A stretch of DNA of 39,053 nt. Origin: an uncultured Bryobacterales bacterium (lineage in GTDB: Bacteria; Acidobacteriota; Terriglobia; Bryobacterales; UBA6623). The notes below the pieces were generated by a model. That model saw only the letters and a list, made by a program, of their open reading frames with translations, was not told the DNA's origin and did not search any database. A program made the translations under genes and the position numbers. Positions 9,060 to 15,945 of this stretch are shown here, piece by piece. Every line of letters starts with the position of its first letter. Positions within the stretch are counted from its first letter, which is position 1. The DNA is taken from positions 1 to 39,053 of the forward strand of contig CAYOPA010000003.1 in assembly GCA_964405625.1 (NCBI GenBank), read 5' to 3'.

Positions 9060-11396
9060 TCAGCCTCCGGTCCTGGGCTCGAAGTACAAGGACTTATCGT
9101 CACTACGGTAGACGACGCCCGTGCGCGCCGGCGTTTCCTCAGGCGGCAACTCTTCCCATTCGCCCAGCAGATTCTCTCGCCACAGAGTGTGTCCCACGGC
9201 CGGCTGGATCATCACCCGGCCGCGATCGGCGCGCAGCCTCGCCAGCGCCGCCCGTTTGGCTCCGGAGACCCTGAAGTCGGGGCTTAAGTATAGCCGCGCG
9301 TCGCGGTAGAACCCCGCGCGTGAGCCCGGCTGCGAGCGAAAACGGTGGAAAAACCCCTCCTCCAGGTCCGCTTCCTGCGAGAGCTGGACGCCGTCGCGGG
9401 CGTTGAATCGCGACGGCGAGGTGAAGCCGTAGACCACCACGCCCCCCAGCATTGTCGCCAGCGCCGCCGCGAAGTATTGCCAATAGCAGTCCCAGAACGG
9501 ATCGCCGATGACTTCGGCTTGCAACGGCGCCCGCAGCTCGACCACGCTGCCGTCGGCGCGTTCGGCGCGCAGCACGATCTCGTGCGGTTGCGAGGGCGAG
9601 CAGGCCGTCGGACAGCTCTCGGCGGCCAGGCGCAAGGCGACCCCGCGAACCCCCGGCCGCAGCCGGAGCGCCGGCTCGTCGCGGAGCGGCGTCCAGCCCT
9701 CGTCAGTCTGGATCAGCAAAGGCGCGTTGGACAGGCGCAGGGTGGTCGCCGCCCGCGCCCGCACTTGGCCCAACACCTCCACGCCGGACAGGTCCAGCAT
9801 CCCCAGAGCTTCCTTGCCGCCGCGGATTGGTCCCAGCGTGACTGCGGGCAACGGACCGGATGCCGAGAGCCGCCCCAGCGCCTCGACCCGAAAATCAACG
9901 CCGTCACCCGCCACGCCCGGCGGCAACTCCAGCCGCAACGCGAGCTCGCCGGATCGCTCCGGCGTCCACTGCGCGCTGTAGCCGCCGGAACCGTCGTGCG
10001 CCAGCCGGATTGTGGCTCCGTCAGGCAGACGCGCTTCCACGTACGGCGGGGCTCCAGCCGTCGAACCTCCGCCGCCCCGCAAGCTCGCCCGCGCCCGGAG
10101 CGTCACCGGCTCTCCCATGTCCACCTTGGCCGGAATTTGCGGCTCGATCGTCCAGCCGGGCTCGCGGAAATCGAGGCTCAGGTTCAGCCGCCGCTCCAGG
10201 TCGCCGCCTCGCAACACGGCCGACGCGGTCCGGCGCCCCGCGCTCGGCAGGTTGGCGCGGGCGCTGAGGATGCCGTCACCGGCTTTCTCGTCGCCGTTGG
10301 CTCCGTCGTCGCGGAGGGTCAGGCGCTGGCCGTTTAAGTCCAGGTCCACTTGCAGCGAGGGCAGGTCGGCCCCGACTATGCGCTGGCCCGTGCGCTCGTC
10401 GTAAACCTCAAAGGCGATCAGCGCCGACGGCCCCGCGGTGAACGCTTCCAGCGGCCGGACGGCGATGGCCGACTCCTCTATCAGCATCCAGCCGCCCGCC
10501 GCCGAGCCGGCTTGGAAGCGCCAGCGCCCGCCCCGCGGATGGGTCAGCCGGGCGATGCGGTAGTCGCGTCGCTTGCCGTCGAGCCCGATCGTCGAGCCGC
10601 CTCCGCGCAGGTTCAGGTCCACGGCCTTAGCCGAGGGGTTGGACGGACCCGGCGTGAGCGCTGCGAAATCCCCATCGGCCGCCGCCACCAGAAAGGCTTC
10701 CTTGACGTAGGGGCCGATCTCGACCTCGATGGCGCCGCCCTTGAGCCGTCCCGTCTTGGCGCCACGCGAGCCTAGAAAGCGCTGGTAGACCTCCGCGACG
10801 GCGTCAATCAGCTCGCCGGAATCGCGGGCCGCGCTGCTGAAGTGGAACGCCGGGTTGGAGCCGAAACCGCCCGTAGTCGAGCCGATATTGACCGCCGCCA
10901 CCATGCCGCCGCTGTCGCGAAAGCGCTTGAGCGTGTTTGTGAGCGATACATCACACTCGTTGCTCAGCCCTCCGGAATCAGCCAGGAACAACAGCAGGCG
11001 GTCGTGGGACGGATCGAGGGTCAGCAACTCCAGAGCCGTGTGGATGGAAGCCGCAAACTTGTTGCCGCCGGTGTAGCGGCCAATGAACCCGTCGATCGAG
11101 CCCTTGAATCCGGCATAGTCGCCCGGCCGCATCGCCAGGCGCAACGCCGGGGTCGGCGGGGCGGAGCAGATATCCACCTCGCTGGAGCTGGGCGGCAGGC
11201 GGTTGACTTGGTAGCGGTCGCCGGGCTCGGTGAGGTCCGCCAGGATCTTGGCAAGCTGGACGGCGTATTTGGGCGCGTCCATGCGGATCATCGAGCCCGA
11301 AGTGTCGATCAGCACGTTCACGCGCCGCTCGGCCATGGCCGGGACCGCCAGAGCGAGGGCGGCCGCCAGGGCCGCGAGCGGGAGGCGCGGGTTCAT
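9060..11396 (-). CDS. vWA-domain single-pass membrane protein, copy 3 (778 aa)
   Basis: Signal peptide (AVPAMA); VLIDTSGSM MIDAS; HPRGGRW; LRDDGANGDEKAGDGILS motif; TM YWQYFAAALATMLGGVVVYGF; conserved tail. ATGA overlap with the upstream gene. Closest paralogue of 6748-9057. Confidence 0.88.
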   Translation of the reverse strand: MNPRLPLAALAAALALAVPAMAERRVNVLIDTSGSMIRMDAPKYAVQLAKILADLTEPGDRYQVNRLPPSSSEVDICSAPPTPALRLAMRPGDYAGFKGSIDGFIGRYTGGNKFAASIHTALELLTLDPSHDRLLLFLADSGGLSNECDVSLTNTLKRFRDSGGMVAAVNIGSTTGGFGSNPAFHFSSAARDSGELIDAVAEVYQRFLGSRGAKTGRLKGGAIEVEIGPYVKEAFLVAAADGDFAALTPGPSNPSAKAVDLNLRGGGSTIGLDGKRRDYRIARLTHPRGGRWRFQAGSAAGGWMLIEESAIAVRPLEAFTAGPSALIAFEVYDERTGQRIVGADLPSLQVDLDLNGQRLTLRDDGANGDEKAGDGILSARANLPSAGRRTASAVLRGGDLERRLNLSLDFREPGWTIEPQIPAKVDMGEPVTLRARASLRGGGGSTAGAPPYVEARLPDGATIRLAHDGSGGYSAQWTPERSGELALRLELPPGVAGDGVDFRVEALGRLSASGPLPAVTLGPIRGGKEALGMLDLSGVEVLGQVRARAATTLRLSNAPLLIQTDEGWTPLRDEPALRLRPGVRGVALRLAAESCPTACSPSQPHEIVLRAERADGSVVELRAPLQAEVIGDPFWDCYWQYFAAALATMLGGVVVYGFTSPSRFNARDGVQLSQEADLEEGFFHRFRSQPGSRAGFYRDARLYLSPDFRVSGAKRAALARLRADRGRVMIQPAVGHTLWRENLLGEWEELPPEETPARTGVVYRSDDKSLYFEPRTGG

Positions 11397-13693
11397 TGGT
11401 CAGATTCAGCGCCGGAGGAGAATTCGGTGCGAAAGGTGCGAACCTCGCCGCTGGATGTCTGATAGCGGTAGCCGCGGCGGGCTTCGACGGCGTAGAGGTT
11501 GCCGTCGGGGGTGGGAACGTCACGCCAATCGGCGCCCACTTGCTGCTGCACGGCCCGTGCGCCGGCGGGAGGGCGGAAGGCGTACAAGTCGCCGGCCAGG
11601 GGCCGGAACCAGCCCAGCGGCGACTGGCCGCCCGGCGCCTCCATCGGAAGCTCGGACTCCAGCGCCGCTACCCGGCGGAACAGCGGCGCATCTCCCAGCG
11701 GCAGCGGTGTGAACGGCCCTTGCGGCCCCGGCGCGGACGCTGCGCGGAAGTCCGGCGGCAAGGTCGGGCGGTAGCGGGCGAACCAAGCCAGCGCCGCCAG
11801 CAGCAGCAACAGCAGCAGCAACGTCGCCAGCGACCAGTAGCGCTGCAACAGGTTCGGCTGGGCCACTTCCAGCTTGACCGTGAAGGGGTCGGACAGCGCG
11901 CCCAGCGGCATTTCGCGATAGGGCGTCTCCGCCAGGCTGAAGTGCAGCTCAACGCCGGCCGAGCCGCCTTGGCCGGGCCGTCCGATCTCCACGCAGACCT
12001 GGAAAGGCCGCTCGGAGCCTTCGGCCGAGTCCGAGCGCTTGAGCCGCGCGATCAACGCCGAATCGAGCTCGGCTGTCCACGGATCGCGGCCCGGCTGCGG
12101 CTCTCGCACCGGACGCGACGCCACCGAGGAGCCCTGGATCTGCAATCGCACCGAGGCGCCGCCCAGCGGCCCGCTGCGCAGCTCCGCCTTGGGGTCGAGC
12201 GACGCCGTCAACCGGTAGGGCCTGCCCGTGGAGGCGCGGGCCTCAAAGCGGTCCCAGGGTTCCAGCAAGAGCGCGAAATTGGCGCAGCCCACCTCCGAGC
12301 GGGCTAAATTCCCCCGATCGGCGTCGGCAGTGGCGGGGGTGGAGCGTATGCGCAGCAATGGCTTCACCGTGGCAGCCATCCCTTCCACGCCGCTCAGCGT
12401 CTCCAGCGTCACCTCGCCGCGCATGGCCCGCACCTCCAGGCGGCCCAGGTAGGAGTCAGCGCCCGCCGGAAAGGTCTCCTTGAAGACCGGGCAGACCTGA
12501 AACTCGCGCGCGTCGCCGTCCGAGTTGAGCTCGCCGCCGGAAGCAGGGAACCAGCCGTCGATATAGCTCGGGCCGGAGATCCGGAACGACACCGTGATGT
12601 CCGCCGGCGGAGGCTCCCTGGAGCCGCCCTTCAGCCGTAGCGCCACCGTCTGGCAGAGGTCGCTGCGGGTGGCCAGCGTCTCAAAGCCGCGGGGAGTCGC
12701 CCAGCTCAGCTCAATCTCGGGAGGACGCAGAATGGCGATGGTGGCGTTGGGAGCTGCCGTCCGGATTGGCGTGAGCGCCTCGGGTATCGGGGCCGTCAGC
12801 CAGCGCAGGGCATAGGCGGCGCCCACTTCCGAGGCGACTTGCAGCGGGTTCGGCGTCCCCAGCGGCTCGGTCGGCGACAGCTCAAAGCCGGGCTGAACCG
12901 CGGACTTCCAAAAAGCCACCACAGCGGCGTTTTCCGGAATCACCCGACCTCGCAGCCGCAGTGAGTTGCCACTGACGGTCTCCGAGACATACCCGCAACA
13001 GCGCCCGAAAATCTCGATCATGTTCTCCAACAGGTTCTGGCCCGACGGGTCTTCAAAAACCTCGCCCAGGCTGCGGCCGTCCGGGTTGATGGCCGGGTCC
13101 GAGGGATTCACGACCGGTTGAAAGAAGCCCGAAGCCGCGGCCGCCTGGTCGCCGAAAGCCAGCACCAGCAGGCGCGTGTTCGTCTCCAACATACGCGGCG
13201 CCAGCTTGCGCAGGATCAGGCTCTGGTCCAGGTCGGCGCGATCGCTGAGGCCATCGGTCAGTACCACGACCAAGCGCTCGCCCTCGCGGGCTTCCAAGCG
13301 CTTCGTCGCCACGCAAAGGGAAGGGTAGAAGTAGGTCCAATCGGCGTCGTAGGCCAGCGCTGCGAGCCGCGTCTGCAAGTTCGCCCCGGCGGCCGCTCCC
13401 GACGAGCCGCGCGTGGGCTCGACCACGCCGCCGGAGCGCTCCTCGCAGGGCTCGCTCGAATCGGTCCACTTCTGGCCGCCGGGCTGGAAAGGGATGACCT
13501 CAAAGGTGTCGCCGGAGGCCAAATCCGGGCGCGCCAGGTCAAACAGCATCGCCGTCGAAAGCGTCGCCAGCCGCTTGGGGTCCTGACGCAGCATCGACTT
13601 CGAGGTGTCCAGAATTACGACGATGTGCCGCGCGGCCTGGGCCGTCGACGCCAACAGCAACAAGCCCGTCAACAGCAGCGCATAGCGTCTCAT
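11393..13693 (-). CDS. vWA-domain single-pass membrane protein, copy 2, the most divergent (766 aa)
   Basis: Start reassigned to ATG 13693 (TGATG overlap with the upstream stop), giving the signal peptide MRRYALLLTGLLLLASTAQA. VILDTSKSM and VVVLTDGLSD MIDAS elements; TM YWSLATLLLLLLLLAALAWFA; more divergent tail. Confidence 0.85.
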   Translation of the reverse strand: MRRYALLLTGLLLLASTAQAARHIVVILDTSKSMLRQDPKRLATLSTAMLFDLARPDLASGDTFEVIPFQPGGQKWTDSSEPCEERSGGVVEPTRGSSGAAAGANLQTRLAALAYDADWTYFYPSLCVATKRLEAREGERLVVVLTDGLSDRADLDQSLILRKLAPRMLETNTRLLVLAFGDQAAAASGFFQPVVNPSDPAINPDGRSLGEVFEDPSGQNLLENMIEIFGRCCGYVSETVSGNSLRLRGRVIPENAAVVAFWKSAVQPGFELSPTEPLGTPNPLQVASEVGAAYALRWLTAPIPEALTPIRTAAPNATIAILRPPEIELSWATPRGFETLATRSDLCQTVALRLKGGSREPPPADITVSFRISGPSYIDGWFPASGGELNSDGDAREFQVCPVFKETFPAGADSYLGRLEVRAMRGEVTLETLSGVEGMAATVKPLLRIRSTPATADADRGNLARSEVGCANFALLLEPWDRFEARASTGRPYRLTASLDPKAELRSGPLGGASVRLQIQGSSVASRPVREPQPGRDPWTAELDSALIARLKRSDSAEGSERPFQVCVEIGRPGQGGSAGVELHFSLAETPYREMPLGALSDPFTVKLEVAQPNLLQRYWSLATLLLLLLLLAALAWFARYRPTLPPDFRAASAPGPQGPFTPLPLGDAPLFRRVAALESELPMEAPGGQSPLGWFRPLAGDLYAFRPPAGARAVQQQVGADWRDVPTPDGNLYAVEARRGYRYQTSSGEVRTFRTEFSSGAESDQ

Positions 13694-15855
13694 CAGCCCA
13701 GCCTCGTCGCGGTTTGGAAAAACGGCCCGCGCTCGCCGATGCGGTAGGTCTCGCCGCCGCGAATGCGGGCCCCCGCCTCGGGAACTTCGTCCCAATCGCC
13801 CACGCCGCCGTCGCGATACAACATGCCGCTCGTGCTCTTGACCATCACCGTGCGTGGTCCCACCGCTTCCAGCGCCACCACGGCGCCCTTCTTATTGCCT
13901 GTGACGCGGAAATCCGCTGTCAGGTAGGCTTTGGCGTTGCGGTACCAGCCTTTGCGCGTCCCCTTCCAGCTTCGGATGGATTGCGGCAGGTTGTCCTCGA
14001 TGTCGTCAAGCTCGGGCACATAGACCAGCGCCAGCTCGCGAGGGAAGGAGTGGGGCTTGATGAAGCCGTAGATGATGAACGCCAACACCAGCAACGCCAG
14101 AGCGCCCAGAATCCACCACTTCCACAGCTCCCAGAACGACAGGCCGTTGACCTGCCAGCTCAGCTCCAGCGGGACGCCGGCGCTGGGCGCGTCCACGCCG
14201 CGCATCCGCAGCTCGGTCCAGCGCCGGGCGTCGCCGCTGGAGGACGGCGCGCGTCGCTCGGTCACCAGGCACAGCGTCTTCTCGTCGGTCGGGCCGAGCA
14301 GCAGGGGCTCTCCGCCAGGCCGGGAAACGCCCGCCGCCGCGCGCAGCTCCAGTGCGTGACCGCCGGGAAGCGTCTCCAGCATCTTCAGCTCCAAGGGGAC
14401 GTTGCCCACGTGCTCGGCTTGGAACACCAGCGGGCGACAGGCTTCCTCGCCGGCCTTGAGCGTCCCGAAATCCAGCGAAACCGGCGGGCCGGAGTAGCGG
14501 AACATGCCGCTGACGTCGATTACGCCGCGCGCGGTGCGGTCAACAAAGCTGTTCGACGCGCGCACGATCACCGGCGCGGGGCCGGGCTGGGTCAGGGTGA
14601 TCTTGCCGGTGAAGCGACCGTCGCCGGACTCGCGCAACTCCACCGTGCGGCCCTCGATGGTCGCTTCCATCATGACCTCTTCGCCCAAGTCGGCCGGACG
14701 AATGTCCGCGCCGCCCTCCGAGGCCCGCAAGACCACGGTCATGGTCGTCTCAACGCCGGAGATCACCGAGCGCGGCTCCAGAATGTGCGGCGCCAGATCG
14801 GAGCGCTCAATCACGGCGTAGGAGACGTTCGGCCCGCCGCCGGTGGCGCGGACCTCCCACTGCCCAGGAGCGGGGTCGCTTAGGTAGGCCACTCGGTAGG
14901 CGCCCGCTCGGGTCTGCTGGTCGGCGGCGAAGTCCGCGGCGATCTCGCCTCCGGGGCCCGCCACGCTTGCCGCCGATAGAGTCGCGTCGCCGAAGATCAC
15001 CACCCAGGCCTCGTCGATCTCGGGCTTCATCTCAAAACGCGGGTTTGCGGCCACGCGGCCGTCGGAACGGAACGGCGCCCTTACGATGCGCCGGAACGAA
15101 TCGGCGAAGGCCGACATCAGCTCGGCCGGGCCGCTGGCTTGGCGGCGCGGCAGGCCGGCTTCGGCGGCTTGGTCGGTGCTGCCGCGGCCGAACACGATCG
15201 CCTCGACGCCAACCTCGTCCTGCTGGAGCTTTCGGAGGATCTCCATCGACTGCGGCCAGTCCTCGGCGTCGCCGTCAGAGAGGACGATCAGCGTTCGCGG
15301 AATATCAGGCGCGGAGTGGCGATTCTGATCGAAGATCGCCTTAGCCGTCGCGAAAGAGAACGCGAAAAAGCTCTCGTTCCCGTCGGCTTCGAGGTGGGCG
15401 TCGAGCTCGCTCTTAAATTGCGTCGAGCCCCGCCGGTCGCGAATCTTCTCCCCAACGAGGCGCTTTCCCTCCAGCAGCTCGCGGCCGACCTCCGGCGGCA
15501 GCGAGTAGCCCGAGCAATTCATGCTGGGGTCCTCGCGGCAAGGCTTAAACTCGCCCGATTGGACCATGCCGACGCGCTCTTTGTCCCTGGTGGCGGACAT
15601 CAGGCGTAGGATGGCGAGCTTGCCGGGCACTATGTCGGAGAACAGCTTGGAGACAAGCACCGAGGTGCGCTCGGGGTCCATGCCTGGATTGAGCATGCTC
15701 CGGGAGGTGTCAACGACAACGGCGACGTCGGTCGGAAACGAGTCTTGGGCCGAAAGCGACGCGCCGAAGCAGGCCAGCCAGGCCAGCGCGAGCGCCGTCG
15801 TCGGGCCGTGAACGGCGGCTCGATGTCTTCGTAAAGAAAAAGCCCGAAAAGGCAT
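13693..15855 (-). CDS. vWA-domain single-pass membrane protein, copy 1, first gene of the cluster (720 aa)
   Basis: Signal peptide (..GASLSA|QD); VVVDTSRSM and LIVLSDGD MIDAS elements; DPAPGQW; TM WWILGALALLVLAFIIYGFI; conserved tail (GWYRNAKAYLTADFRVTG). Confidence 0.88.
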   Translation of the reverse strand: MPFRAFSLRRHRAAVHGPTTALALAWLACFGASLSAQDSFPTDVAVVVDTSRSMLNPGMDPERTSVLVSKLFSDIVPGKLAILRLMSATRDKERVGMVQSGEFKPCREDPSMNCSGYSLPPEVGRELLEGKRLVGEKIRDRRGSTQFKSELDAHLEADGNESFFAFSFATAKAIFDQNRHSAPDIPRTLIVLSDGDAEDWPQSMEILRKLQQDEVGVEAIVFGRGSTDQAAEAGLPRRQASGPAELMSAFADSFRRIVRAPFRSDGRVAANPRFEMKPEIDEAWVVIFGDATLSAASVAGPGGEIAADFAADQQTRAGAYRVAYLSDPAPGQWEVRATGGGPNVSYAVIERSDLAPHILEPRSVISGVETTMTVVLRASEGGADIRPADLGEEVMMEATIEGRTVELRESGDGRFTGKITLTQPGPAPVIVRASNSFVDRTARGVIDVSGMFRYSGPPVSLDFGTLKAGEEACRPLVFQAEHVGNVPLELKMLETLPGGHALELRAAAGVSRPGGEPLLLGPTDEKTLCLVTERRAPSSSGDARRWTELRMRGVDAPSAGVPLELSWQVNGLSFWELWKWWILGALALLVLAFIIYGFIKPHSFPRELALVYVPELDDIEDNLPQSIRSWKGTRKGWYRNAKAYLTADFRVTGNKKGAVVALEAVGPRTVMVKSTSGMLYRDGGVGDWDEVPEAGARIRGGETYRIGERGPFFQTATRLG

Positions 15856-15945
15856 GGCCCCGACCCCTAAGATAGTAGCCTAAGCGACCGCCGCGCGGGA
15901 CGGGCTCCGGCCCGCGTGCGTCGGTGCGGTTCAGACCATAGCGCC
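15856..15945. promoter_or_regulatory. Divergent promoter region between the vWA/tubulin cluster and the pseudokinase gene
   Basis: 90-bp gap between head-to-head genes. An AT-rich patch CCTAAGATAGTAGCCTAAG (15866-15884) has -10-like hexamers on both strands (TACTAT minus, TAAGAT plus) and a CCTAAG direct repeat. Confidence 0.45.

Noticed and set aside
13694-13795. 34-aa N-terminal extension of vWA copy 2
   Set aside because: Overlaps the upstream gene and would bury the signal peptide; ATG 13693 is translationally coupled.
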